Positions 1 through 11,283 of a stretch of 37,111 nucleotides of DNA are shown piece by piece. The stretch is from sequence record SRR20825010_7048. One strand, written 5' to 3'. Position 1 is the first letter of the stretch; each line of letters starts with the position of its first letter. The notes below the pieces were generated by a model. It searched no databases. It saw only the letters and a list, made by a program, of their open reading frames with translations, and had not been told where the DNA came from. The position numbers and the translations under genes are program-made.

Positions 1-259
1 GATCTGGGCCATGACCACCCGCATGGATCCATCCAGGGATACCACGCTGGTTGAGAGCACTCCCATCGACTATCTGGACTTCGCTTCGCCGGTGTCCGGG
101 CTGGGCTCGAAAATGGGGATGGATGCCACCAGCAAGTGGCCGGGCGAAACTGGTCGGGAGTGGGGCACGCCCATCACCATGTCCGACGACGTCAAAAGGC
201 GTGTGGACGACATCTGGGACAGCCTGGGGATTGAAGTTTCATCCGATCGCCCCGATTGA
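1..259 (+). CDS. ubiD: 4-hydroxy-3-polyprenylbenzoate decarboxylase, 3' end (partial)
   Basis: C-terminal UbiD motifs [33 protein letters not shown] and KWPGET; precedes a flavin reductase as in the usual ubiD-fre order. Confidence 0.95.
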   Translation, partial: IWAMTTRMDPSRDTTLVESTPIDYLDFASPVSGLGSKMGMDATSKWPGETGREWGTPITMSDDVKRRVDDIWDSLGIEVSSDRPD

Positions 260-260
260 T

Positions 261-1265
261 ATGGCCAGCCGTGAATGTCGTATTCAACTCGTGCCGGCGG
301 TATTGTCCTTTACCGCAGCCGCCGACGAGACGCTGCTTACGGCAGCCGGCAGGGCGGGCATTGCGGTTCCCGCCGCCTGTCGCAATGGCGTGTGCGAGCT
401 CTGTGAGGCTCGCCTGGTCAGTGGCGAGGCCCTGAATACCCGCAATCAACACACAATTCCGGTCACCGGGCGACTGATGATGTGTCGCACCCTGGCGCTC
501 AGTGACCTTGAACTGGAGATAGACGCCGTTATGGCAGCCGGAGACAACCAGCCTCGCAAGTTCCAGGCAAAGGTGGTGGACGTTCGTTCCATCAGCCACG
601 ATGTTTACCGTGTGGAACTGCAACTGCCCCGTCGCCGGGAACTGTCGTTTCACGCCGGCCAGTACCTGTCCGTAAATCTGCCGGATACAGACCCCTGCTA
701 TTTTTCCATCGCCAGCAGTCCGTCTGAAGAATTGATCGAGCTGCACATTCAGGCGACACCGGAGTGGGTGTCTGCACAGAAAGTGATTGATGCATTGACC
801 TCTGGTGGAGAGGTGACCGTTGAATTACCCCACGGCCGCGCGTGCCTGGCGTCCGCGCCGGACAAACCGCTGTTGCTGGTCGCCGCCGGAACGGGGTTTG
901 CCCAAATGAAGAGCCTGGTGGACTTCCTGCAGAAAACGTCTTACGACAAGCCTGTGAAGTTCTACTGGGGCGTTCGCCGCCACGAGGATATGTACCTGCG
1001 ATCCCTGGCCCAGCAGTGGCAGGAAGAATGGCCGCCCTTTACCTTCTTGCCCGTGGTAGGAGATGACGAAGACAACGAGTGGAGTGGCCACCACGACCAG
1101 TTGGTGCGAACCGTGCTGGCGTCGGGCATGGACTGGAGCAACGTGGAAGTTCACGCCAGCGGCTCGCCGACGATGGTCTATACCTTGATGGATGCGTTAC
1201 TGGAGGTGGGGTTGCCGCAGGAAGCATTTTTCTCCGATGTACTGGAATACGCCCCGAGAGGTTGA
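261..1265 (+). CDS. 2Fe-2S ferredoxin-fused NAD(P)H-flavin reductase (Fre / CDP-6-deoxy-delta-3,4-glucoseen reductase family)
   Basis: CRNGVCELC...C 2Fe-2S motif, FHAGQYL, FSIAS and AAGTGFAQ NAD-binding motif; start set to ATG 261, just after the ubiD stop. Confidence 0.85.
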   Translation: MASRECRIQLVPAVLSFTAAADETLLTAAGRAGIAVPAACRNGVCELCEARLVSGEALNTRNQHTIPVTGRLMMCRTLALSDLELEIDAVMAAGDNQPRKFQAKVVDVRSISHDVYRVELQLPRRRELSFHAGQYLSVNLPDTDPCYFSIASSPSEELIELHIQATPEWVSAQKVIDALTSGGEVTVELPHGRACLASAPDKPLLLVAAGTGFAQMKSLVDFLQKTSYDKPVKFYWGVRRHEDMYLRSLAQQWQEEWPPFTFLPVVGDDEDNEWSGHHDQLVRTVLASGMDWSNVEVHASGSPTMVYTLMDALLEVGLPQEAFFSDVLEYAPRG

Positions 1266-1282
1266 GACCCGGGGCCAGCCCC

Positions 1283-2521
1283 TCAGGCCTTGGGCATCGG
1301 CAAATCCGGCAACCCACTATCGTTAACCAATCCCTGCATCAACAGCTTCACACTGTTCTCACCCTCGCCCATGTGAGCATTCAGGCGGCTCAGCTCGGCC
1401 ATGGTTTCACGGCTGCGGCGTAGCCGAAGGCTGGTTTCGAAATACTCCCGCGCCTTGCCCCAGAGCTCGTTGCGCAGGCTCAGACGGCCGAGTGCCAACA
1501 GCAGCTCTGCATTGTTGGGACGATCCTTCAGCCACTGCTCCGCTACCAGCAACTGCTCATCCGGCTTCAGGCCTTTTACGCGGCCATACAGATTGACCAG
1601 TTCATCACCCCAGTGATTGCGCAGGACTTTCCTCAGCAGGGTTTCAGCCTGGGCTTCGTCGCCCAGATCGGCAAGCAGCCGGGCATACTCCCGAATGGTG
1701 TGTTCGTCACGGCGGAGAAACCCTGGCAGCTCATCCCAAAGTTTGGTGAGAGGCTCAAGGGACGCTGAAGGCTCACCCGAGTGGCGGCGGCACTCCTCTG
1801 CGGCACGCTGCAGAAGGTTTTGCCAAACCAGGCGTTCCAGGTCGCCCTGTTCTTCACTCTCCATCAGGTTGCGCTTGCGGATTTCCGGCAACAGGCGGGA
1901 CAGCTCACGCCAGTCTTCCAGGCGCACATAGGTGTTTTTCAGCAACTTGAGTACAAACGGATGGTGGGGCGCCTGCTTGCGCAGCCGCACCAGGGTTGCC
2001 AGGGCCTGCTCCAGTCGGTTGCCCGCCAGTTGCAGTTGGGCCTGAGTAATGCCCACGGCCATGTCGGAGCCCGGGGTGCTTTCAAAGGCCTTGCGCAACA
2101 GTTCGTCAACGGCCTCGTGATCGCCGGATTCAAACGAGGCCTGGGCCGCTGCCAGGTAGTTGATCAGTGGCGTGTCCGCGTGCTCTGCTGAAGAAGTGAG
2201 CAGCTTGCGGGCACGTGGCCAGTTACCCTCCGCCAGGGCCAGCAGCCCCTGAGTGGTTCGGCGCCGGGCCCGGCGTTCATTGCTGCGGGCCAGCCAGCCG
2301 GCGACCATGCCGGTGCCATGGCGCAGTCGACGGAACAGATTGATGGTTAGCACGGACGCTGCCACCAGCAGTACCAGCAACGCCAGACCAATCCAGAAAT
2401 TGGTTTCAATCAGATAGTTGCCCAGGCTGATGCGGATGTAGCCAAGGTCGTACTGCAACCCCAGCGCAAGCCCGGTGCCCAGCAGTAAGGCGACCAGGAT
2501 GATCAGCAAAATGCGGATCAT
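1283..2521 (-). CDS. hemY: HemY family membrane TPR protein
   Basis: Two N-terminal TM helices, GLLALAEGNWPRA motif, TPR-like repeats; last gene of hemCDXY. Confidence 0.92.
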   Translation of the reverse strand: MIRILLIILVALLLGTGLALGLQYDLGYIRISLGNYLIETNFWIGLALLVLLVAASVLTINLFRRLRHGTGMVAGWLARSNERRARRRTTQGLLALAEGNWPRARKLLTSSAEHADTPLINYLAAAQASFESGDHEAVDELLRKAFESTPGSDMAVGITQAQLQLAGNRLEQALATLVRLRKQAPHHPFVLKLLKNTYVRLEDWRELSRLLPEIRKRNLMESEEQGDLERLVWQNLLQRAAEECRRHSGEPSASLEPLTKLWDELPGFLRRDEHTIREYARLLADLGDEAQAETLLRKVLRNHWGDELVNLYGRVKGLKPDEQLLVAEQWLKDRPNNAELLLALGRLSLRNELWGKAREYFETSLRLRRSRETMAELSRLNAHMGEGENSVKLLMQGLVNDSGLPDLPMPKA

Positions 2522-3636
2522 GATGCGTCTCCCTGTTCACCGTTGCTGCCATTCTTTTCGGCCTCTCCGTTGTCCAGTCGACCGGCCAGTCGTGCCTTGA
2601 GCAGTTCCAGTGAGCGGCTGATGTCTGGCAGTTCCGGATCAACGTTCTTTTGTGAGAGTTCCTCCAGGGTCTGCGAGAGCGCGATGATGCGGGTGTTGCT
2701 GCTGTCGTACCAATTATTGATGGCATTGCTGGCTTTGGTCAGGGAGCGTGAGTAGAGCTGTTGATGACCGCGAAGTACGGCCAGCTCGGCTTCTTCCAGC
2801 ATCAACTGCAGATTGAGCCGTGCATAGGCGCTTTGCTCCGGAGACAGCAGGGGTTTGACCGGCTCATCGAGCCTGCGGACCACAACCACCTGAGACAGGG
2901 TTTGCTTGACCTTGTGCCATCCCTCGGCAACCAGGCCCTGCCCGGAAGCATCGGCTTCCGGGTTCTCGCCGCTACTGACAAATCCTGGGGCGCGATCATG
3001 AATCAGTGCACTGTCTGTCAGTTGGTGGATGCTGTCGATGGCTGCTTCCAGTTTCAGGTAGAGCCCGGTGCGGTCGACATCGACAATGCCCTTGAGCGCC
3101 AGGATTTCCTTGGCCAGTTGCTGGCGAACCGGGTAAACGCCGATATCGTCTGATTCCGCCAGAACTTCATCACCGGATTCCAGTGCCGCCAAGGCTCCGC
3201 GAATGTCCTTTTCGATCATGAGCCTCTGGTTGGCCACCCTCAGCAGATATTCCGCCTCGGCCAGCAGCCAGTCAGTACGAGTGCGGTTTCCGGCCTCCAG
3301 CAGTTCACGGGCGTTGTGGTCGATCTGCCGTTGCTGGGTCGCGATCAGTTCACGCTGTTCAGACAGCTTGTCTTCCAGCGCCTGCAGGCGACGGCTCTGC
3401 TCACTGCCGGTCTGGCCGTACATCCGGTCCAGTTGCTCGGTGTCACTCTCCAGATCGGTGATTGACTGTTGCAGTGCCTGGTAGTTGTTCCATTGCTGCC
3501 AGCTCCAAAGAGCCAGGGCAACGGCCAGGGCGAGCGCCAGTAGTGTAATGATCCAGAGGGGCCACAGTTTTTGCCGTGTTTGCTGATGCTTTTCGATCGG
3601 GGCAGGCAGTTGTGCGTTTGATTCTGTCACGGGCAT
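2518..3636 (-). CDS. hemX: HemX family protein
   Basis: N-terminal TM, coiled coil, WLLAEAEYLLRVANQRL motif; lies between hemD and hemY; 4-bp overlap with hemY. Confidence 0.92.
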   Translation of the reverse strand: MPVTESNAQLPAPIEKHQQTRQKLWPLWIITLLALALAVALALWSWQQWNNYQALQQSITDLESDTEQLDRMYGQTGSEQSRRLQALEDKLSEQRELIATQQRQIDHNARELLEAGNRTRTDWLLAEAEYLLRVANQRLMIEKDIRGALAALESGDEVLAESDDIGVYPVRQQLAKEILALKGIVDVDRTGLYLKLEAAIDSIHQLTDSALIHDRAPGFVSSGENPEADASGQGLVAEGWHKVKQTLSQVVVVRRLDEPVKPLLSPEQSAYARLNLQLMLEEAELAVLRGHQQLYSRSLTKASNAINNWYDSSNTRIIALSQTLEELSQKNVDPELPDISRSLELLKARLAGRLDNGEAEKNGSNGEQGDAS

Positions 3637-3638
3637 CC

Positions 3639-4451
3639 TTACTTGGTGTTTCCGGAGCCTCCGTCCAGGCTGGCAAGTTGTTCTGCAACTGCAGCCACAA
3701 TCGAGCTATCGGCAAGGCTTCCTGGTATACACGTTCGCCGGAGGCCGGCCAGACGTGCTTGTTCGGCAATCCGCTCAACGGGGACAACCAGTAAAGTGTT
3801 TTCAAGATTATGGCCGGTATTGTCACTGAGTGCGATGAGATTGTTCAATGTTTCTCCCGACAGTGTGACGATGGCCTCGGGGGAAAAGTCGTTCAGCATC
3901 GCGTTCAGCGTCGCTTTATCATAGTCGGGACAGAAGCGACGATAAAGGGGCAGCACGGTGACTCGCGCGCCTCTGCGTTCCAGGGTTTGCGGGATCAGTT
4001 CCCGGCCTTCCTGTCCGCGCACCACCAGAACCTTTTCGTGCTCCAGTGTGGCCAGCTCCGGCAACTGTAGCAAATCTTCGCTGGTGTGGCCGGTTTCCGG
4101 TTGCCGCGTTTCCAGGCCATAGTTGCTCAGCACCGTGGCGGTTCCTGCCCCGACGCCGTACCAGTGGATGTCGGTGGGTGTCTGGGGCCACCACTCGTCC
4201 AGCCAGTCGAGCAGCAAGGCGGCGGCATAGGGGCTGACGGCAATGACGTGGGCGAACTCGTCCAGGTTGAGGATCAGCGTGCGGGTTGCGGGGGCTTCCG
4301 GGAGCGGCTCGCGGGCGATAAGCGGCATGACCCGCGCATCGGCGCCGGCATCGCAAAAGCGCGAGGCCAGCCGGTCGGCTTCCGGTTGTGGCCGGCAGAT
4401 GAGTATCCGCCGGCCCTCAAGGGGTAGCGAATCAGGTTGGGGTGTGGCCAT
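3639..4451 (-). CDS. hemD: Uroporphyrinogen-III synthase
   Basis: [29 protein letters not shown] and YRR motifs; start moved to ATG 4451 (MATPQ...), which overlaps the hemC end. Confidence 0.92.
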   Translation of the reverse strand: MATPQPDSLPLEGRRILICRPQPEADRLASRFCDAGADARVMPLIAREPLPEAPATRTLILNLDEFAHVIAVSPYAAALLLDWLDEWWPQTPTDIHWYGVGAGTATVLSNYGLETRQPETGHTSEDLLQLPELATLEHEKVLVVRGQEGRELIPQTLERRGARVTVLPLYRRFCPDYDKATLNAMLNDFSPEAIVTLSGETLNNLIALSDNTGHNLENTLLVVPVERIAEQARLAGLRRTCIPGSLADSSIVAAVAEQLASLDGGSGNTK

Positions 4452-5373
4452 AGATGTCAGCCAGTACCTTGTCTGCACCCAGTGCGAGTAGGTCTTCCGC
4501 CAGTTCGCGTCCAAGGCGCTCGCCTTCGCTGCGGGGCGCGCGGCCTTCAACGCGGAATACCTGGGTGCCGTCGACGGCGCCCACGAGTCCCCGAAGCCAG
4601 AGCATGTCATCGTCTTCCAGCAACGCGTAGGCCGCGATGGGTACCTGGCAGCCGCCCTGCAATCGCCGGTTCAGGGCCCGTTCCGCTTTCACTCGGTCCG
4701 AGCTATCGCGATGATCCAGGGGCTCCAGCATGGCGATCAGTTCGGCATCATCGAGGCGGCATTCGATGCCAAGCGCACCCTGGCCCACGGCAGGCAGGGA
4801 TATACTGTCTGGCAGGCAGTAGCGGATACGGTCATGGAAACCGAGGCGTTTGAGCCCGGAGCTGGCCAGGACGATGGCCTGGTAATCGCCGGCATCCAGC
4901 TTTGCCAGGCGGGTGTTGACGTTGCCACGCAAGGTGCGGATTTCCAGGTCGGGCCGGTAGGCACGCAACTGGGCTTCCCGGCGCAGGCTGGCAGTGCCGA
5001 CTACGGCGCCGTGGGGCAGGGCGTCCACGTTATCGTAGTCATTGCTGACGAACGCATCGGTGGGGTCTTCCCGCTCACAGATGGCCACCAGCCCCAGCCC
5101 TTCCGGAAACTCCATCGGCACATCTTTCATGGAGTGCACCGCCAGGTCGGCACTGCCTGCCAGCATGGCCTCTTCCAGTTCCTTGACGAACAGACCCTTG
5201 CCGCCAATCTTGGCCAGTGGCACATCCAGGATCTTGTCGCCCTGGGTTTTGATCTTGACCAGTTCCACGGTCACGTTGTCGTGGAGCCGCTCCAGTTCAG
5301 ACTTGATAAATTCCGCCTGCCACAACGCCAGTGCGCTGCTGCGGGTTGCAATGCGAAGGGTTCGTTTTGACAT
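4432..5373 (-). CDS. hemC: Hydroxymethylbilane synthase (porphobilinogen deaminase)
   Basis: [40 protein letters not shown] and GGCQVP (cofactor Cys). Confidence 0.97.
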   Translation of the reverse strand: MSKRTLRIATRSSALALWQAEFIKSELERLHDNVTVELVKIKTQGDKILDVPLAKIGGKGLFVKELEEAMLAGSADLAVHSMKDVPMEFPEGLGLVAICEREDPTDAFVSNDYDNVDALPHGAVVGTASLRREAQLRAYRPDLEIRTLRGNVNTRLAKLDAGDYQAIVLASSGLKRLGFHDRIRYCLPDSISLPAVGQGALGIECRLDDAELIAMLEPLDHRDSSDRVKAERALNRRLQGGCQVPIAAYALLEDDDMLWLRGLVGAVDGTQVFRVEGRAPRSEGERLGRELAEDLLALGADKVLADIYGHTPT

Positions 5374-5458
5374 GGTGTACGTTGCCGGATCTGAAAAATG
5401 GTACGCCAAGGGTACTCTTTGTGAGGCAAATTGTGGAGCCGAATGTTGAGCGCCCAGG

Positions 5459-6214
5459 CTACCCGGGGCGATGCTCCTTTAGCCATTGCCGTACAGAGGC
5501 GGCGTGTCTCCGGCTCACGGGCAGTTGCCCGTGCTGGTCTGTCAGATCAATCAGGTTCTGGCCATCCCGTTGTTTCAGCAGCGCTCGGATATAGCGCACG
5601 CCTACCAGGGTGTGTCGGTGAATCCGCAGCAGGTATTGCGAGTAGGTGCTTTCCAGTTCTTTCAGGGTGTAATCGGTGACGGTTTCGCCGCGCAGGTGAT
5701 GGATGGTGACGTATTTCTGATCGGCTTCGCAGTACAGAATGCCCTGGATGTCGATCAGTTCAGTCCCGCGGTGGGTGCGGATGGCCAGCTGTTCGTCCGT
5801 ACCCGATTGCTTTTCAGTCAGCGCCTGCAATTGCACCCGGTTGACTCGGCCAGCCCGATTGAGGGCGTCGGTCAGCGCTTCACGACGTACCGGTTTGAGC
5901 AGGTAGGCCACCGCGTGTACATCGAACGCCTGGATGGCGTAATGATCATAAGCGGTGCAGAAGATGATGGCCGGAGGGGCCTCCAACGAAGCCATCCGTC
6001 GGGCGGCTTCCATGCCATCGGTACCCGGCATGCGGATATCGAGCAGCAGGATGTCCGGCGCCAGGCGCGCGGTTTTCTCCAGTGCTTCGTCGCCGTCGCC
6101 AGCCTCGTCACAGACATTGTAGCCAGGCAACGCCTCCACCAGTCGGCGTATGCGCTCCCTGGCCAGAGGTTCGTCGTCGGCAATCAGTACGCTGCGGTGA
6201 TTGTTGTCGCCCAT
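5459..6214 (-). CDS. algR: LytTR-family response regulator AlgR
   Basis: REC domain ([20 protein letters not shown]) plus LytTR (RIHRH, VSRRH); Pseudomonas-like fimS-algR-hemC synteny. Confidence 0.88.
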   Translation of the reverse strand: MGDNNHRSVLIADDEPLARERIRRLVEALPGYNVCDEAGDGDEALEKTARLAPDILLLDIRMPGTDGMEAARRMASLEAPPAIIFCTAYDHYAIQAFDVHAVAYLLKPVRREALTDALNRAGRVNRVQLQALTEKQSGTDEQLAIRTHRGTELIDIQGILYCEADQKYVTIHHLRGETVTDYTLKELESTYSQYLLRIHRHTLVGVRYIRALLKQRDGQNLIDLTDQHGQLPVSRRHAASVRQWLKEHRPG

Positions 6215-6220
6215 GCTTGC

Positions 6221-7315
6221 CTACTTGCTCCCTGTTGCCGGTTTTCCGTTGCCACTCGCTGTCTGCCATGGCAGCCGGAGAGTGACAGTATAGATATCAT
6301 TCTGGTGGCTGTGTTTCAGCACGGCGGGCTCACCGAACAGGGCGTGCAGGCGGGACTGAATGTTGGCCAGCGCCATTCGGTTGCCTTCGTGGCTACCCTG
6401 GTCAGAATCCGGGCGCGGGTTCTGCACCATCAGGTAGACCGAGGGGCCCTTGCGGTAGGCCTCAACCTTTACGGTACCTCCGTTCGGACGAGGCTGAATG
6501 CCATGATAAATGGCGTTCTCGACCAGTGGCTGGAGGGTCAGGGGAGGGATGGCCTGTTGTTCCAGTCCATCTTCGATATGCCATTCCAGTGTCAGCCGGT
6601 CTTCCAGACGCAGCTTTTCAATGGCCAGGTAGCGTTTGCACAGGTCCAGTTCGGCGCTCAGAGGAATCAGGCGGTCACCGGTGCGCAGGCTGGCGCGGAA
6701 CAGTTCGGACAGATCCAGCACGGCGTCTTCGGCCCGTTCCGGGTTAACGACAATCAGGCTGGCAATGGTGTTCATGCTGTTGAACAGGAAGTGTGGATGG
6801 ATTCGTGCCTGCAGGGCGGTCAGCCGGGCCTGCATTTCTGACTCCCGCTGTTGTTGCCACTGGAACTGCAGGTAGAAGTATCGCAGCACCATCAGTGTGA
6901 TCAACAGCGCCAGCAGCAGTTTCTTGGCCACGCCCTGCCAGGCTTCGAGGCCGGGTTGCGGGTGTAGCACGCTGTCTGCGAAGAGGCTGAAGGCCAGCAC
7001 ATCCAGCATCACGATGGTAACAATCACTGTGGTGGCACGGGTAACTGTCAGTCGTGAGAGCCAGCGCCGCATGGGGCAGATCAGGGCGGCGCTGGTCAGC
7101 ACCGTCCATTGCACGAACAGGGACAGCAGGCCGAAGTAGTTCCAGTCAATCCAGTGGCTTTCGGCCTGAACGATGGACAGCACCAGCACCAGCAGTTCAC
7201 TGGTGACCACCAGCAGGAAAACGGCCCTGACCCGGCACAGGTCCGGCACATAGAAATCGGCGTCGCTGTCCGCGACTGCCTGGGCTGGGCGTTCCCTGTT
7301 GTGTCTTGCGGCCAT
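6221..7315 (-). CDS. algZ: LytS-family sensor histidine kinase FimS/AlgZ
   Basis: Several TM helices, LQARIHPHFLFNSMN H-box, LQPLVENAIYHG N-box; start set to ATG 7315 downstream of AGGA. Confidence 0.85.
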   Translation of the reverse strand: MAARHNRERPAQAVADSDADFYVPDLCRVRAVFLLVVTSELLVLVLSIVQAESHWIDWNYFGLLSLFVQWTVLTSAALICPMRRWLSRLTVTRATTVIVTIVMLDVLAFSLFADSVLHPQPGLEAWQGVAKKLLLALLITLMVLRYFYLQFQWQQQRESEMQARLTALQARIHPHFLFNSMNTIASLIVVNPERAEDAVLDLSELFRASLRTGDRLIPLSAELDLCKRYLAIEKLRLEDRLTLEWHIEDGLEQQAIPPLTLQPLVENAIYHGIQPRPNGGTVKVEAYRKGPSVYLMVQNPRPDSDQGSHEGNRMALANIQSRLHALFGEPAVLKHSHQNDIYTVTLRLPWQTASGNGKPATGSK

Positions 7316-7372
7316 TGGACCTGTTCCTGATTCCTGTTCCTGATTAGGGGAGGGCAACTGGGCGCCGCGGAA

Positions 7373-7381
7373 TGCTATAAT
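7373..7381 (+). promoter_or_regulatory. Extended -10 sigma70 promoter element for argH
   Basis: Exact TGcTATAAT, 65 bp upstream of the argH ATG. Confidence 0.6.
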
Positions 7382-7446
7382 CCTGCGATATTCCATTTAC
7401 CCATTCCCGCAGAATGATGCCGGGCTGTCAGCAGGAAAGATAGACC

Positions 7447-8838
7447 ATGACGGATCAGAACAAGAGCGCCGAGAAACCCTGGGGCGGTCGTTTCACCGAA
7501 CCCACCGATGCCTTTGTGGAGCGTTTCACCGCTTCCGTGGGCTTTGATCAGCGCCTATACCATCACGATATTACCGGGTCCATTGCCCATGCCACCATGC
7601 TGGCGGAAGTGGGTGTGCTGACTGTGGAAGAGCGTGACACTATTATTGACGGCCTGAAAGCCGTCAAGGCGGACATTGAGGCCGGCACCTTTGAGTGGTC
7701 GGTCAGTCTGGAAGATGTGCACATGAACATTGAAGCGCGACTGACGGATCGGATTGGCATCACGGGCAAGAAGTTGCACACCGGTCGCAGCCGCAACGAT
7801 CAGGTGGCCACAGATATTCGCCTCTACCTGCGCGACGAAATCGACGTCATCGCCGAAGAGCTTCGGCGCCTGCAAGCCGGCCTGCTGGATCTGGCCGAGC
7901 GCGAAGCCGAGACTATCATGCCGGGATTTACCCACCTGCAGACCGCTCAGCCGGTTACCTTCGGTCATCACCTGTTGGCCTGGTACGAAATGCTGGTGCG
8001 GGATGCCGAGCGCCTGCAGGACTGCCGCAAGCGTGTGAATGTGATGCCCTTGGGTGCTGCGGCGCTGGCGGGCACAACCTATCCGATTGATCGCGGTATC
8101 ACTGCAAAACTGCTGGGCTTTGATCGGGCCAGTGAGAATTCCCTGGATTCCGTGAGTGACCGGGATTTCGCCATCGAATTCTGCAGCTTTGCCGCCCTGT
8201 TGATGACCCACCTGTCGCGCTTCAGCGAGGAACTGGTACTGTGGACCTCTGCCCAGTTTGATTTCATCGACCTGCCGGACCGTTTCTGCACCGGGTCGTC
8301 CATCATGCCCCAGAAGAAGAATCCGGACGTGCCCGAGCTGGTACGCGGCAAGACCGGCCGGGTGAACGGCCACCTGATCAGTTTGCTGACCCTGATGAAG
8401 AGCCAGCCGCTGGCCTATAACAAGGACAATCAGGAGGACAAGGAGCCGTTGTTCGATACCGTGGACACCGTGAAAGGCTGCCTCAAGGCTTACGCGGATA
8501 TGATCCCGGCCATCGAAGCGCGGGCCGACAACATGCGCGTGGCGGCCAAGCGGGGATTCTCCACCGCAACTGATCTGGCGGACTATCTGGTCAAGAAGGG
8601 CGTGGCTTTCCGCGATGCCCATGAAATTGTGGGCAAAGCGGTTGCGTTTGGCGTTGCCGAAGGGCGTGACCTCTCCGAGATGACCACGGAAGAACTCACC
8701 CGCTTCTCCGACGTCATCGGCGAAGACGTGTTCGATGTGCTGACGCTGGAAGGCTCCGTGCAGGCGCGTGATCACCTTGGCGGCACTGCGCCGAAGCAGG
8801 TGCGCGCTGCAGTCGCACGCGCGCGCCAGGCACTCTAG
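7447..8838 (+). CDS. argH: Argininosuccinate lyase
   Basis: [26 protein letters not shown] and the [11 protein letters not shown] signature. Confidence 0.98.
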   Translation: MTDQNKSAEKPWGGRFTEPTDAFVERFTASVGFDQRLYHHDITGSIAHATMLAEVGVLTVEERDTIIDGLKAVKADIEAGTFEWSVSLEDVHMNIEARLTDRIGITGKKLHTGRSRNDQVATDIRLYLRDEIDVIAEELRRLQAGLLDLAEREAETIMPGFTHLQTAQPVTFGHHLLAWYEMLVRDAERLQDCRKRVNVMPLGAAALAGTTYPIDRGITAKLLGFDRASENSLDSVSDRDFAIEFCSFAALLMTHLSRFSEELVLWTSAQFDFIDLPDRFCTGSSIMPQKKNPDVPELVRGKTGRVNGHLISLLTLMKSQPLAYNKDNQEDKEPLFDTVDTVKGCLKAYADMIPAIEARADNMRVAAKRGFSTATDLADYLVKKGVAFRDAHEIVGKAVAFGVAEGRDLSEMTTEELTRFSDVIGEDVFDVLTLEGSVQARDHLGGTAPKQVRAAVARARQAL

Positions 8839-11283
8839 CTAGCCGCCGATCTTCCCCGTGGTCAGGGTAACCTCCACCGGTTTCAGCTCCTCCAGTGGGC
8901 GTGGCCGGTAGAGGCGGAAGCCCTGGCCGTAGTGAATGCCAAGGGTTCGTACCTTTCGGAGGGTGTCGTCGTTCTCAATGAAGGTGGCGACCGTCACCTT
9001 GCCCGAGGCTTCCGCTATTTTATGAAGCGCCTCTACCATTACCTGCTGTACCGGATCATCGTTCAGGTGCTGCATGATCTTGTGGTCCAGTTTGATGATG
9101 TCCACCGGCAGTTTCGCCGCCAGGCCGTAACTTTCCACCGATGCTCCCGCGCCATCCAGCGCTACCCGGCAGCCAATGCGGTGCAGGCTGTCGCACAGCA
9201 CCGCGACATCGTCCGGATACTGGGTGGCGTGGGCTTCCCTTATCTCCAGGCAGAAGCATTCCGGGGCAAAGGGTGATCCTTTCAGTGCGGCTTCCATGAA
9301 GTCCGCAAACGAGTCATCCAGTACGCTGGCCAGGGACAGGTTGAAACCGCAGTACTTGAGGCGCGGCTCCAGCAGACGGTGCTGTTCGAGCCAGGCCAGG
9401 GTCTGACGGATCACCTGGCGATCCAGGCGCTTGGCCAGGTCAAATCGTTCGGCAACGGGCAGGAAAGCGTCCGGGGTCAGGGGAGGGCTGTCCGGCGTCT
9501 CACCGGGAATCCGGGTCAGTATTTCGATGTGGTCGCCCCAGGTAACGCTGGCCACGGGGCGCAGCGATTGGTATTCAAGCTTTAGGTGGCCACTGTCGAG
9601 TGCCTGCTGGATTTGTGCCAGCACCTCGTTGGCCGTGCCCTCGTCCAGCGACAGGGACATGGCCCGGGCGGCATGAATCCGGTTGCGACCGGACGTTTTT
9701 GCGGTGTGGCACAGGTCAGCCGCCTGGGTCAGCAGTTGTTCGGAATCGGTGGGCGCGTCGTCGTCCAGAAACAGCAGGCCGCCACTGGCCGTTGTCTGTA
9801 ACTGCTTGTCCTGCCAGTGGAACACGAAGCCGCCGATCAGCTCGAGAATGCTGTCGGCAATCTTGCGGGCGCGCGCTTCGGGGCAGTTTTCGATCAGCAG
9901 GGCGAAGGTGTCGCCGGCCAGTCGTGCCAGCGCATCCCGCTGTCGGATCTTGACCCCGAGATTGCCGGCCAGCTCACGCAGGTAACGGTCGCAGGTGCCG
10001 CTGCCGGCGATGTCGTTGAAGTGGTCAAACCCATCCAGGTCGAGATAGAGCAGGCTGTCACTGCTCTCCCGCCGTGGCTTCTGCTCCAGTGTTCGTTGCA
10101 GGCGGCCCAGGAAGGCTTTGCGGTTCATCAGGCCGGTGACCGGATCATGCTGGACGCGGTATTCGCTGCTGGAGGAATTCTGCAGGCGGTCGCTGATGTC
10201 CCGGGCCACATGAACGGCGCCAATCACGTCGCCCTGGTCATTAGTCAGGCGTTGATAGTGGATCTCGTACAGGGGCAGCTCCCGGTGCTGCTGCGCCATG
10301 GGCATTTCCACCACGAAGCTGTCGCGTTCGAAGGCGCGGTGCCAGAGTCGCTCGATAAGCCGTCGTTCGTTGGGGAAGCCCTGCAATACGGCGCTCAGGT
10401 TGCTTCCGGATTCCGGCCGGAGGCCGAAGGTAATCTCGAACTGGCGACTGAAGGCACGGTTGAAATGCAGTAGGTTTAGCTGGCGATCAACGGCGACCAC
10501 CAGGTCGTTGGTGGCGTTGATCGTGGCGCCCAGCATTTGCTCCGCCTGCTGGCGGGCGAGGGTATGATTGCGCTCAGGCGTGTGGTCAACCAGCGTTCCT
10601 CCCAGTCGCTGTATTCGTTCGCCGGCTTTCAGGGCCCGGCCAGTCAACGTCACTTGGCGAACGTTCTGTCGCGCGGTTATCAGATCCAGCGTCAGGGAGA
10701 AGGGCTGCCCGGTGCGGATGCAGCGACGGAACAGGGCGCGTATCCTGCCCTGGCTGGACTGGCAGTAGAAAAGTGCCTGTTCGGGCGTGATTTCGCTACC
10801 GGGTCTTAATTCCAGCAAATGATACATGCCGTCCGTCCAGATCAACTCATTGCTGTGGAGGTCCAGCTCCCAGATACCAACGCCGGCGGAAGTTTCAGTC
10901 AGCCGAATCAGGCGGTGGTCGATGGGGGAATGATCCCGCTGGCTTATAAATGCGCTGGCGGCCTGGTCGGAATCGCGAATGTCCATGCGCAGGCTGAGAC
11001 CCGCTGTGAAGAAAAAGCCTTCCTTGTGGCGGAAGGTGATCAGTATCGACTCGCCATTTTCAATTCGGTGGCGATGGGCCGGTGCAAAGGGATCGTCCTG
11101 GCGTGCGGCCAGGATGCACTGAACCTTGCGACCCTCCAGTTCGCTGGCGTCGTAGCCCAACACTGCCTCGGCGTGATGATCAGCGAACAGGATCACGCCG
11201 TCGTCGTTGATGCGGATCAGGGTTCGACGTTCGGCACCCTGGGGGGTGTCGGAACGGTCTCGACGGATAAAGAATTCTTTCAC
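8839..11283 (-). CDS. PAS-GGDEF-EAL protein with degenerate catalytic motifs
   Basis: N-terminal PAS-like segments; HDPVTGLMNR, LDLDGF and AGDTF in place of GGDEF; EIL, ALDGAG, IIKLD and QGF in the EAL domain. Confidence 0.9.
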   Translation of the reverse strand: MKEFFIRRDRSDTPQGAERRTLIRINDDGVILFADHHAEAVLGYDASELEGRKVQCILAARQDDPFAPAHRHRIENGESILITFRHKEGFFFTAGLSLRMDIRDSDQAASAFISQRDHSPIDHRLIRLTETSAGVGIWELDLHSNELIWTDGMYHLLELRPGSEITPEQALFYCQSSQGRIRALFRRCIRTGQPFSLTLDLITARQNVRQVTLTGRALKAGERIQRLGGTLVDHTPERNHTLARQQAEQMLGATINATNDLVVAVDRQLNLLHFNRAFSRQFEITFGLRPESGSNLSAVLQGFPNERRLIERLWHRAFERDSFVVEMPMAQQHRELPLYEIHYQRLTNDQGDVIGAVHVARDISDRLQNSSSSEYRVQHDPVTGLMNRKAFLGRLQRTLEQKPRRESSDSLLYLDLDGFDHFNDIAGSGTCDRYLRELAGNLGVKIRQRDALARLAGDTFALLIENCPEARARKIADSILELIGGFVFHWQDKQLQTTASGGLLFLDDDAPTDSEQLLTQAADLCHTAKTSGRNRIHAARAMSLSLDEGTANEVLAQIQQALDSGHLKLEYQSLRPVASVTWGDHIEILTRIPGETPDSPPLTPDAFLPVAERFDLAKRLDRQVIRQTLAWLEQHRLLEPRLKYCGFNLSLASVLDDSFADFMEAALKGSPFAPECFCLEIREAHATQYPDDVAVLCDSLHRIGCRVALDGAGASVESYGLAAKLPVDIIKLDHKIMQHLNDDPVQQVMVEALHKIAEASGKVTVATFIENDDTLRKVRTLGIHYGQGFRLYRPRPLEELKPVEVTLTTGKIGG

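Noticed and set aside
5486-6841. 451-aa plus-strand ORF
   Set aside because: Antisense shadow of algR/algZ; no recognisable motifs; long reverse frames are common with high-GC codon usage
7555-8775. 406-aa minus-strand ORF
   Set aside because: Antisense shadow of argH
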